DNA of 32,000 bases from Aeropyrum pernix K1 (lineage in GTDB: Archaea; Thermoproteota; Thermoprotei_A; Sulfolobales; Acidilobaceae): NCBI RefSeq assembly GCF_000011125.1, contig NC_000854.2:480001-512000 (forward strand), given 5' to 3'. Shown here piece after piece: positions 14,647 to 22,949 of this stretch. The notes under the pieces were generated by a model that saw nothing but the letters and a program-made list of their open reading frames with translations, searched no databases and was not told the origin of the DNA. Within the stretch, counting starts at the first letter, position 1. Each line of letters begins with the position of its first letter. Made by a program: the position numbers and the translations under genes.

Positions 14647-16827
14647 ATGGTTCGCGTGGAGCGTCTGAGGACTGGAGTGGAGGGTTTCGACCCTCTGGTG
14701 GCTGGGGGGATACCCAGGGGCTTCTTCGTGGCCGTTGTGGGGGAGCCCGGGACTGGGAAGACCGTGTTCAGCATACACTTCGCCTACCAGGGGGTGCGTG
14801 AGGGGGATAAGGTCATATATGTGACCACCGAGGAGAGTAGAGAAAGTGTCTTGAAGCAGGCGGCAATGTTCGGCATGGACCTGGGCAGGGCTGTGGACGA
14901 GGGCAGGGCTATAGTTATTGACGCCCTGTTGAAGAGTAGGAGCGACGAGTGGAGCCTCGAGGATGTCAGCGTCGAAAGCCTGGTTAACAAGGTTCTGGAG
15001 GCAAAGAGGGCCCTGGGGTATGGAAGGGCTAGGCTCGTTGTGGACAGTATGAGCGCCTTCTGGCTGGACAAGCCGGCCATGGCTAGGAAGTACAGCTACA
15101 TGGTGAAGAGGGTCCTCTACCGCTGGGACTTCACCACGCTGCTCGTCAGCCAGTACGCTATAACAACCCAGAGTCTCCCGCCCTGGGAGCCAATAGTGGT
15201 TAGGAGGGGCGACGAGGTTAGGGTTACCAGTATCGGGGAGTTCGTAGACTCGTTCCTGGAGGGCGAGGGGGGTCTAGACATAGGCGGGCTAGGCTACTAC
15301 ACCCTCTCCCTCGATACTAGGACCCTGAAGCCTGTGTGGAGGAGGATCAGGGGGGTTATAAAGCATAGGATAAGGGGGAGGCTGCTGCGGGTGAAGGCTT
15401 CGAAGGGGCGCTCCATAGACCTCACGGGAAGCCACTCCATATACCGCATATCGCGGGGCGGGGGCTTGGAGGTGGTGGGCTCTAGCGACTTGAGGCCGGG
15501 GGATAGCCTGGTTACACCAGCCAGTGTAGAGCTGCCGGAGTCGGCTCCGTCGAGCATAAACGCTGCTCGGGAGCTGTGGTCTAGGGGTGTCGAGGGGATA
15601 TTCGTGGTGGGGCTCCCGGGAGAGGCCGCGGGCTACCGGGGTGTTGAAAGGAGCCGGGGATACGACGGAGGCCACGCCATCCCCCTGGAAACGCTGGTGG
15701 AGAGGTATGGCGATAGTGTGTGGAGCCTGGTGTCGGGAGCTAAGCTGGCTGTTTCCCGGGGGGCTGCTGGGGACCACCCAGTCCCGGCTACAATACCGCT
15801 CGACACGGGCTTCTACCTCCTCCTAGGCTTCATAGTCTCCGCTGGCAGTGTGGACGTGGAGGGGGGGCATGTTACGGTAACACTAGGGCCAGGTAGGGAA
15901 GGCTATGTGGGCGATGTGGTTGAAGCCGTCAACTCGACAGCGCCTGGGGCGGGTGTTAGGATAAGCAGCGGCGCCCGAGGTATGGAGGTTACAATTCGAT
16001 CGAGAGTACTGTCCGAACTGTTAGCCAGGGTGTTTGGAGCCGGGCCAGGGCCCAACCGGGATATACCCTCCATCGTGTTCAGGGCGCCAAAGCCTATGAA
16101 GAGGGTCTTCCTGAAAGGCCTCTACGCGGGAGGAGGAGTCTTCGACAGGAGCAGCGGAAGCCTGATATACGCGACAGACAGCCGAAGCCTGTTGAACGGT
16201 CTGGCACTACTGCTTCTCAACGTGGGGGCAGGCGGCTACAGGATTGACAGTGGGGATTCCGGCCGGGCCCTGGCCCTCATAGTCGAGAATGCAGGGAGGC
16301 TTGATGCTATTGGAGAAGTGTTGGAGCACCTTGGTTTCCACGGAGGCAGAGAGGCTGTCCAGGGTGTTGGAGCGTTAGAAAGGGCTACGGCTGGTCTAGC
16401 CGGCCAGGCGACTGTTGCAGTACAGAGGCCAGCAACCCGGGGAGGCCCGGGCGTGGATGTGGCCGGCGTCACCGGCCTAGAGCATCTAGAAGCCAGCACC
16501 GAGTTCGTCTACGACCTCTCAGTAGAGGGTGATGAAAACTTTTTCGCAGGCCTGGGCTGGATACTGGTGCATAACAGCGCGTTCGGCTGGGGCCTCGAGC
16601 ATGTGGCCGACGGCATCATAAGGTTTAGGAGGAGGATCGTTGGAGGCGCTTTGAGGCGCTACGTTGTTGTTGAGAAGATGAGGCAGACGCCGCACGACCT
16701 CAGGGTGCACCGGGTTGAGATAGAGGATGGCAGGGGGATGAGGATAGCGGGGCCCCTGGAGGCCAGGCCCGAGGACCTCAGGATGCCTGAGGACCTCAGG
16801 CGCAGGCTTAAGGGAGGCGGCCCCTAG
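14647..16827 (+). CDS. KaiC-like RecA-superfamily ATPase (COG0467 type) interrupted by an intein. The predicted spliced product is 258 aa.
   Basis: Walker A is GEPGTGKT and Walker B is RLVVDSMSAF. The C-extein is SAFGWGLEHVADGIIRFRR...VVVEKMRQTPH. The extein parts are separated by 468 aa carrying intein blocks. Confidence 0.9.
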   Translation: MVRVERLRTGVEGFDPLVAGGIPRGFFVAVVGEPGTGKTVFSIHFAYQGVREGDKVIYVTTEESRESVLKQAAMFGMDLGRAVDEGRAIVIDALLKSRSDEWSLEDVSVESLVNKVLEAKRALGYGRARLVVDSMSAFWLDKPAMARKYSYMVKRVLYRWDFTTLLVSQYAITTQSLPPWEPIVVRRGDEVRVTSIGEFVDSFLEGEGGLDIGGLGYYTLSLDTRTLKPVWRRIRGVIKHRIRGRLLRVKASKGRSIDLTGSHSIYRISRGGGLEVVGSSDLRPGDSLVTPASVELPESAPSSINAARELWSRGVEGIFVVGLPGEAAGYRGVERSRGYDGGHAIPLETLVERYGDSVWSLVSGAKLAVSRGAAGDHPVPATIPLDTGFYLLLGFIVSAGSVDVEGGHVTVTLGPGREGYVGDVVEAVNSTAPGAGVRISSGARGMEVTIRSRVLSELLARVFGAGPGPNRDIPSIVFRAPKPMKRVFLKGLYAGGGVFDRSSGSLIYATDSRSLLNGLALLLLNVGAGGYRIDSGDSGRALALIVENAGRLDAIGEVLEHLGFHGGREAVQGVGALERATAGLAGQATVAVQRPATRGGPGVDVAGVTGLEHLEASTEFVYDLSVEGDENFFAGLGWILVHNSAFGWGLEHVADGIIRFRRRIVGGALRRYVVVEKMRQTPHDLRVHRVEIEDGRGMRIAGPLEARPEDLRMPEDLRRRLKGGGP
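15172..16575 (+). mobile_element. Intein (468 aa) with a degenerate LAGLIDADG homing-endonuclease domain
   Basis: The N-terminal residue is Ser176 (SLPPWEPIVV). Block B is DLTGSHSI. Blocks F and G are FVYDLSVEGDENFFAGLGWILVHN followed by Ser+1. The LAGLIDADG-like motifs are LLLGFIVSAGSV and VFLKGLYAGGGV. Confidence 0.8.
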
Positions 16828-16893
16828 AGAATATTCGGGACCGGCCGGGCACGGGCTCCACATGCTGTGGAACGGCGGCGGTGGCTGGGAGCA

Positions 16894-17982
16894 ATGGCTG
16901 GTGTCTGCCCGTCTTGCGGGAGAACCTTGGAGGGTAGTGGTGTTAGGAGGCTGTGTCCAGACTGCTATGTCGAGCGTTATGGTGTGGCCAGGATACCGGA
17001 GGCTGTGAAGTTCGTCTACTGCAGGGACTGCGGCGCCTACAGGTACCAGGGTGGTTGGAACGAGGGTTTAGAGAGTGTCGAGGACACGCTTAGGGAGTAT
17101 CTACATATGGTTTTGACTGTGAGGATGAAGCCCACTGAGGCCGTGGAGGAGGCTTGGGTTGAGTCTATAGAACTCGTGCAGGCGTTCGCCGGGCCGGGAG
17201 TCTACACCGCTTTGGTGACCGTGGCTGGAAGGGCCGGGGGCCAGAGTCTGGTCGAGAGGAAGATTATCACCGTGGAGGCGTCGCAGGCCCTCTGCCCCCG
17301 CTGCACAGCCAGGTCTACCGGGAGGGGTTTCGAGGCGGAGGTCAAGGTGAGGAGCACTGCAGGCTCGCTGGGCAGAGATGTCAAGACGGGCATAGCCAGG
17401 GTCCTCAGGAGGAGCAGGTCGATAGCAGGCTTCGTAGTGAAGGTAGACGAGAATAGGGAGGGCTTGGACATCTACCTCACGGACCAGACTGCAGCCAGGA
17501 TGCTGGCGGGGAAGCTTAGGTCGGAGTTCTCGGCCGAGGTAAAGGAGTCCTACAAGCTTGTAGGCAGGCAGCCGTCGGGCAGGAGGAAGGGCAGGCTGAC
17601 CATATCCGTCAGGATACCCGAGTACAGGCCTGGAGAGCTGATCTCGGTGGAGGGGAGGCCCCACCTCTACCTGGGGAGGAGCGGCAGGGGCCTCGTTACT
17701 ATAGACCTGGACACTGGGAGGGAGAGGGTTGTCGACACGAGCAGGACGGGAGTTCTAGCTGGCGTCAAGCGCTACGAGCCCGGGGCCAGGCTGAGGAGGA
17801 TGATGCTTCTGAGCAGCAGCGGGGACTCCATGGTGTTCCTGGATGTGGATAAGGGGATGCAGGAGGTGGTTGACGCGCCCAGGGGCTCTGTGAGGCCCTT
17901 CGTAGAGAGCATGGAGCCGGGTAGGGTTTACGAGGTCTTTATACACGGCGGCCGGATATATGTGCTGAGGGAGACCGGTTAG
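16894..17982 (+). CDS. NMD3-family protein (archaeal homologue of the 60S export/maturation factor). A GTG at 16867 is an alternative start.
   Basis: The N-terminal Cys clusters are CPSCG...LCPDC...YCRDCG. The length fits, and the gene lies upstream of the aIF1A-Rio1-KH cluster. Confidence 0.75.
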   Translation: MAGVCPSCGRTLEGSGVRRLCPDCYVERYGVARIPEAVKFVYCRDCGAYRYQGGWNEGLESVEDTLREYLHMVLTVRMKPTEAVEEAWVESIELVQAFAGPGVYTALVTVAGRAGGQSLVERKIITVEASQALCPRCTARSTGRGFEAEVKVRSTAGSLGRDVKTGIARVLRRSRSIAGFVVKVDENREGLDIYLTDQTAARMLAGKLRSEFSAEVKESYKLVGRQPSGRRKGRLTISVRIPEYRPGELISVEGRPHLYLGRSGRGLVTIDLDTGRERVVDTSRTGVLAGVKRYEPGARLRRMMLLSSSGDSMVFLDVDKGMQEVVDAPRGSVRPFVESMEPGRVYEVFIHGGRIYVLRETG

Positions 17983-17999
17983 AGTGGAGGTCGTGAAAG

Positions 18000-18335
18000 T
18001 TGGCTAGGGGTAGAGGTAGGCACGAGAGGAGGGGCGAGATGCCGCTCCCCAGCGAGGACGAGGGGACGATGCTGTGTATAGTGCAGCGCGTCGTGGGGGC
18101 CGGGTTCCTGGAGGTCCTCTGCACCGACGGGGAGGTCTACATGGCCAGGATACCTGGTAAGATGCGTAGGAGGGTGTGGATGAGGGAGGGCGATGTAGTC
18201 CTCTTCCTCCCCTGGGGCACTGCTGACAAGAAGGGGGAGGTTGTCTACAGGTATCTGAGGGACGAGGTTAGGAAGCTTATCGACATGAACCTCCTGCCCG
18301 AGGAGCTGGTGGAAGAGGTGGCTGGAGCGGAGTGA
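18000..18335 (+). CDS. eif1a: Translation initiation factor aIF-1A
   Basis: A basic N-tail RGRGRHERRGE is followed by an OB fold: VLCTDGEVYMARIPGKMRRRVWMREGDVVLFLPW...GEVVYRY. Confidence 0.9.
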   Translation: MARGRGRHERRGEMPLPSEDEGTMLCIVQRVVGAGFLEVLCTDGEVYMARIPGKMRRRVWMREGDVVLFLPWGTADKKGEVVYRYLRDEVRKLIDMNLLPEELVEEVAGAE

Positions 18336-19132
18336 GGCGGAGGGCTAGATGGCTGAGGAGGGAGAGGGAGGAGGAAGAGAGGGTTAAGGACCGGGACATG
18401 TTTAAGATTGTGGACGAGGTTTTCGACTCCATAACCCTCTCCCACCTCTACAGGCTCTACTCGCGCAAGGTCCTCAGGGAGCTCAAGGGCTCTATAAGCA
18501 GCGGTAAGGAGTCTAAGGTCTACTGGGGCGTCGCGTGGGATAGGAGCGACGTCGCCGTTAAGATATACCTCTCGTTCACTTCCGACTTCAGGAAGAGCAT
18601 TAGAAAATATATTGTCGGGGACCCCAGGTTCGAGGACATCCCCGCAGGCAACATAAGGAGGCTGATATACGAGTGGGCTAGGAAAGAGTACAGGAACCTC
18701 AGGAGGATGCGCGAGTCGGGGGTCAGGGTTCCCAGGCCCGTGGCCGTCGAGGCAAACATTATAGTTATGGAGTTCCTGGGCGAGAAGGGGTACAGGGCCC
18801 CTACCCTGGCTGAGGCTGTCGAGGAGCTTGATAGGGGGGAGGCGGAGGCTATAGCGGCCGAGGTCCTCCGCCAGGCGGAGGCTATAGTATGTAGGGCCAG
18901 GCTCGTGCACGCCGACCTCAGCGAGTACAACATACTAGTCTGGAGGGGGGAGCCCTGGATAATAGACGTCTCCCAGGCGGTGCCCCACAGCCACCCGAAC
19001 GCTGAGGAGTTTCTAGAGAGGGACGTGGAGAACCTCCACAGGTTCTTGACAGGTAAGATGGGGTTCGAGTTCGACTTTGACGCTTATCTCTCTAGGCTAA
19101 AAAGCTGTATCCACCGGGGTGCTAGGGGTTGA
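18332..19132 (+). CDS. rio1: RIO-type serine/threonine protein kinase (Rio1)
   Basis: Motifs are SSGKESKVYWG (ATP loop), LVHADLSEYNILV (catalytic loop) and IIDVSQAV (metal loop). The start overlaps the aIF1A stop (GTGA). Confidence 0.9.
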   Translation: MRRRARWLRREREEEERVKDRDMFKIVDEVFDSITLSHLYRLYSRKVLRELKGSISSGKESKVYWGVAWDRSDVAVKIYLSFTSDFRKSIRKYIVGDPRFEDIPAGNIRRLIYEWARKEYRNLRRMRESGVRVPRPVAVEANIIVMEFLGEKGYRAPTLAEAVEELDRGEAEAIAAEVLRQAEAIVCRARLVHADLSEYNILVWRGEPWIIDVSQAVPHSHPNAEEFLERDVENLHRFLTGKMGFEFDFDAYLSRLKSCIHRGARG

Positions 19133-19716
19133 GTGGGGAGCAGGTGAAGCCTAGGATATACGTTAAGGTGAAGCCGGAGAGGCTGGGCGCCGTGATAGGG
19201 CCCCGGGGTGAGGTGAAGGCTGAGATAATGAGGAGGACAGGCACTGTGATAACTGTGGACACCGAGAACTCTATGGTTATAGTGGAGCCCGAGGCTGAAG
19301 GCATCCCCCCGGTTAACCTTATGAAGGCCGCCGAGGTTGTGAAGGCCATCTCCCTCGGTTTCCCCCCGGAAAAGGCTTTCAGACTGCTGGAGGAGGATCA
19401 GATACTGGTGGTCGTCGACCTGAAGCAGGTTGTTGGGGACAGCCAGAACCACTTGAAGAGGATAAAAGGCAGGATCATAGGCGAGGGCGGCAGGGCCAGG
19501 AGGACTATAGAGGAGATGACGGACACCTACATAAACGTGGGTGAGTACGAGGTCGCCATAATAGGTGACTACGAGAGGGCTATGGCTGCTAAGCAGGCCA
19601 TAGAGATGCTCGCCGAAGGGAGGATGCACAGCACAGTCTACAGGCACCTAGAGAGGATTATGAGGGAGATAAAGAGGAGGGAGCGCCTCAAGATGTGGGC
19701 CAGGGAAGAGCTGTGA
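19129..19716 (+). CDS. KH-domain RNA-binding protein (archaeal Dim2/Pno1-like)
   Basis: Two KH GxxG loops are present, GAVIGPRGEVK and GRIIGEGGRARRTIE. The start overlaps the Rio1 stop (TTGA). Confidence 0.85.
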   Translation: MSGEQVKPRIYVKVKPERLGAVIGPRGEVKAEIMRRTGTVITVDTENSMVIVEPEAEGIPPVNLMKAAEVVKAISLGFPPEKAFRLLEEDQILVVVDLKQVVGDSQNHLKRIKGRIIGEGGRARRTIEEMTDTYINVGEYEVAIIGDYERAMAAKQAIEMLAEGRMHSTVYRHLERIMREIKRRERLKMWAREEL

Positions 19717-19773
19717 CCACCCGCTATTTAGAGGGCCCCGTGCAACCCTAGTCTGTCTGGGGGGTATGGCTGG

Positions 19774-20649
19774 TTGGTTGAGAGGGTGGCGGTTGTAGGA
19801 GCGGGTAGAATGGGCTCTGGGGCGGCTAGGAGGCTCGCGTCAAGGGGGTACAGGGTAGTCGTCTGGAGCAGGAGCTGGGAGAAGGCTGAGAGGCTTGCTA
19901 GAGAGGCTGGTTTGGAGGCTGCCAGGAGTCTCGTGGACGCTTTAGCCGAGTCCGAGGCCGCCATAGCCTTCGTATCTGACGACGACGCTCTCCTAAACGT
20001 CGTGTCCCAGGTTAGGAGGAGCGACGGCCTAATCTTTGTGAACAGCGCGACCACAACACCCAGGGCCAGCGTCTCGGCGGCCAGGTATCTGGAGGGGCTG
20101 GGGGTGCAGTATGTGGAGGCGCCTGTGATAGGGGGGCCTGGGGCTCTGGAGCGGGGCGAGGCTATAGTGCTCGCCGCAGCCCCCAGGAGCGCTCTAGCCC
20201 CCGCTGTCCCGCTACTCTCGGAGCTGGGGGAGCTGGTTAAGGTGGGGGAGAGCTACGGCATGGCGGCAGCCATGAAGCTCGCCTTCAACAACCTGCTCCT
20301 GACAACCCTTGTTGGCCTTGGGGAGAGCCTGCTGATACTCGACGCCTATGGAGTGGACAAGACGCTTTTCTCCAGCATACTAGAGAGAACCGTCTTCTCG
20401 GGCCTAGCTGGCAAGTACTTCGAGCGGGCTGTGTCGAAGCCCAAGCCAACATTCACAGTATCACTCGCGGAGAAGGACGCTAGATACGCTTTCCAAGCCC
20501 TAGCAGACAGGGGCTATCCGCGGCTGGTCTCCCAGGCTGTCTCTAACGTTTACGCCATGCTCTCCCACATGGGGTTTGGTGATGAGGACTACGTTGGGGT
20601 CTACAGGCTTCTGAAGAAGGCGGGGGCTGGTGGTGGTGAGGAGTCTTAG
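19774..20649 (+). CDS. NAD(P)-dependent beta-hydroxyacid dehydrogenase family (3-hydroxyisobutyrate / 6-phosphogluconate DH-like)
   Basis: The Rossmann motif is VAVVGAGRMGSGAARRLASRGYRVVVWSRS, and the central motif AAAMKLAFNNLL fits the family. Confidence 0.8.
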   Translation: MVERVAVVGAGRMGSGAARRLASRGYRVVVWSRSWEKAERLAREAGLEAARSLVDALAESEAAIAFVSDDDALLNVVSQVRRSDGLIFVNSATTTPRASVSAARYLEGLGVQYVEAPVIGGPGALERGEAIVLAAAPRSALAPAVPLLSELGELVKVGESYGMAAAMKLAFNNLLLTTLVGLGESLLILDAYGVDKTLFSSILERTVFSGLAGKYFERAVSKPKPTFTVSLAEKDARYAFQALADRGYPRLVSQAVSNVYAMLSHMGFGDEDYVGVYRLLKKAGAGGGEES

Positions 20650-21706
20650 CGTAGTGGGCCTGGGCCCGGCGGGGGCTGGAGCCGCTGCCGCCGCCTCTAG
20701 GCTGGGAGTGAAGCCCGTCATATACGAGGCTATGGAGAAGCCCGGCTTGAAGCCGTGCGGCAGGGGCCTTCCAATAGTCGACGGCGGCTTGCCCGTAAGC
20801 ATACCACGGGACTCTATTCTCAGGCGCATAAGAGGGGCCAGGATGTATGTGGACGGCGAGTTCCTCTTCGAGATGAAGGGATTCCTCGACGGCTATATAG
20901 TCGACAAGACGGTGATGCTGGAGGCTATAGCTGTCGAGGCCGGCGGCGAGATACACTATAGGGCCAAGTATAAGCCGGGCTCCTCAACTGTTAGGCTCCC
21001 CGGGGGCGGCGAGGCCAGGGTGGAGCAGGGCGTCTTCGCGGGGGGGCACCCATACTATGGTGGGGCGAAGATAGCGGCTGTACAGTGGATAATGAAGACC
21101 GGCCCGAGGAGCGACCCCGTGGGTGACATGCTAGAGATACACTTCGACACGGAATTGCTGGGCTATGCATACATATTCCCCAAGGAGGAGGGGTTCATAG
21201 AAGTCGGCATAGGAGGCTTCGCCACGCCGAGGGAGCTGAGGGAGAGGCTGGAGAGCTTCATACACAAGCGGAGCGACCTCCGGGAGCTCGAGAGGGTGAA
21301 GCTGGAGGGCGCCAGGATAGCGATCGGCGGGCTAGACTTGGGAGTGGTAGACGGGCTGGTGAAGGCCGGGGAGGCTGCGGGCTTCGTGCTCCCACTCACG
21401 GGCGAGGGGATAAGGCCATCCCTCATATCCGGCTACGAGGCCGCCTCGGCGTTGATAGAGGGCGGCAGCCCCCTGGAGAAGCTGAGATCCCTGCCCATAG
21501 CCAGGGCAGTCTCCATGCAGAAGAGGATACTAGACCTAGTAGCAGGCATGAGTGTCGAGGAGAGGAGGAGCCTCCTCAAGTCGCTGACGCCCCGGGCCCA
21601 CGCCGAGATAGCCCTGGGCATGTTCAGGAAGCACATCCTCCTCAAAGAACTGGCAAGGAGTCCCCGAGCCCTGAGCCTCCTAGGCCTCGTGACAAGGCTC
21701 ATCTAG
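20630..21706 (+). CDS. FAD-dependent geranylgeranyl reductase family oxidoreductase
   Basis: SVVGLGPAGAGAAAAASRLG is a dinucleotide-binding motif followed by the KPCGRGL motif. GEAAGFVLPLTGEGI is also present. The ORF overlaps the upstream gene by 20 nt. Confidence 0.8.
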   Translation: MVVRSLSVVGLGPAGAGAAAAASRLGVKPVIYEAMEKPGLKPCGRGLPIVDGGLPVSIPRDSILRRIRGARMYVDGEFLFEMKGFLDGYIVDKTVMLEAIAVEAGGEIHYRAKYKPGSSTVRLPGGGEARVEQGVFAGGHPYYGGAKIAAVQWIMKTGPRSDPVGDMLEIHFDTELLGYAYIFPKEEGFIEVGIGGFATPRELRERLESFIHKRSDLRELERVKLEGARIAIGGLDLGVVDGLVKAGEAAGFVLPLTGEGIRPSLISGYEAASALIEGGSPLEKLRSLPIARAVSMQKRILDLVAGMSVEERRSLLKSLTPRAHAEIALGMFRKHILLKELARSPRALSLLGLVTRLI

Positions 21707-22189
21707 GCTGGCGGTCCGGCGAGAGCCCTAGGCCATCCCATAGCTGTGAGCCACGGTTAGCTAGTCTTCATCCCGCCAAAACTATGTAGATTTCTCTTAG
21801 AACTCTCTTAATGCTTGTTGGGCGGGTGGCGGGCGTTGCGTAGTAGGGTTGTGGATCCCCTGGGGGCTTACGGCATCCTCCGTGGGTTGAGGGTTATCGC
21901 TGCTGTAGGGGGCGTCTGGGAGTCCTGCGAGCCTGCTCACGACGTGCCAGCATAGCTTAAGAGTTTGGGCTAGATGATAGACCCGGTTAACCCTAGCTAT
22001 GGGGATGTCCCGGCTAGATGGGCTGCTCCAGCCTCGACGAAATACCGGGCGAGGTGACCCGAGGCCATCTATACCTTAATAATCCTTGTTGCATATTCTC
22101 GGTTTTCCGGCTTTCCCTTGAGTGCTTAGGCGGGTGGAACACCATAGACTACCTGGAAGGCGGAACCCTAAACAACTCGGAACACCGTT

Positions 22190-22624
22190 TTGAGGTATGA
22201 GGTGCTCTACTTGAGGGTGAGGGAGAAGGCCTGGCTGTGGCTCAGGGCAGCTAGGAGGGACCTTGGGAGGGCAGAGTACAGCCTCAAGGTAGGGGATCGG
22301 GCCGCGGCCACGTTCTGGTCCCAGCAAGCGGCCGAGAAAGCGTTGAAGGGCCTGCTCCTAGCATTCAAGGGGGACTACCCTAAAACTCACAGCATAAGGA
22401 GGCTGCTAGAGGATCTGGGCTTAGACCTCGGGTTGAGCGAGGGTGAGCTGGAGGATGCATTTGAGCTAACCCAGTATTATTACCTCTCCCGCTACCCAGA
22501 CGTGGTTGAGGAGCTGCCGGATGAAGTCATCGGCAGGAGGTCGGCGGAGCGGGCGGTTAACGCGGCTAGAAGAATTGTTGAGGCTGCGGAGAGAGCGTTG
22601 GAGGAGGCTTCTAAGGGAGATTGA
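22190..22624 (+). CDS. HEPN-domain protein (toxin component of a HEPN-MNT pair)
   Basis: AWLWLRAARRDLGRAE, FWSQQAAEKALKGLL, KTHSIRRLL and YYYLSRYPD are typical PF05168-type HEPN motifs. Confidence 0.85.
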   Translation: MRYEVLYLRVREKAWLWLRAARRDLGRAEYSLKVGDRAAATFWSQQAAEKALKGLLLAFKGDYPKTHSIRRLLEDLGLDLGLSEGELEDAFELTQYYYLSRYPDVVEELPDEVIGRRSAERAVNAARRIVEAAERALEEASKGD

Positions 22625-22949
22625 ATCGTGGCTTACAGAGCTAGCTCTGAAGCTTGAGGAGCGGGGTGTCAAGGTGGACGAGGTTAAGCTCTTCGGCAGC
22701 TTCGCCCGCGGCGACTACGCTGAGGGGAGCGATCTGGACTTAGTGGTGGTCTCCAGGGACTGGGAGGGAGTTAACTACGTTGAGAGACTCTCACTCCTCT
22801 ACAAGCTCTGGGACAAGCCCCTCGACGCCAATTTCATCCCGCTAACACCCGAGGAGCTGGCCGAGAGGCTTGAGGCAAGTGTAACCCTCAAGGACGCCTC
22901 GAAGTACTGGATCACAATCTATAGGAGAGACCGTAGGAGAGAGCAGTGA
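22506..22949 (+). CDS. Minimal nucleotidyltransferase (MNT, antitoxin component). The real start may be a TTG at 22575 or 22578.
   Basis: VKLFGSFARGDYAEGSDLDLVVV matches the GSxxRG...SDxDL signature of pol-beta superfamily MNTs. The ORF overlaps the HEPN gene. Confidence 0.85.
   Translation: MRSCRMKSSAGGRRSGRLTRLEELLRLRRERWRRLLREIESWLTELALKLEERGVKVDEVKLFGSFARGDYAEGSDLDLVVVSRDWEGVNYVERLSLLYKLWDKPLDANFIPLTPEELAERLEASVTLKDASKYWITIYRRDRRREQ

Noticed and set aside
15289-19647. Long antisense or off-frame ORFs inside KaiC-intein, NMD3, Rio1 and KH genes (for example 15289..15777, 17101..17664, 18245..18910 and 19084..19647)
   Set aside because: These are shadow ORFs opposite genes with clear family motifs. 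Their compositions are P/R/L/H-rich and non-protein-like.
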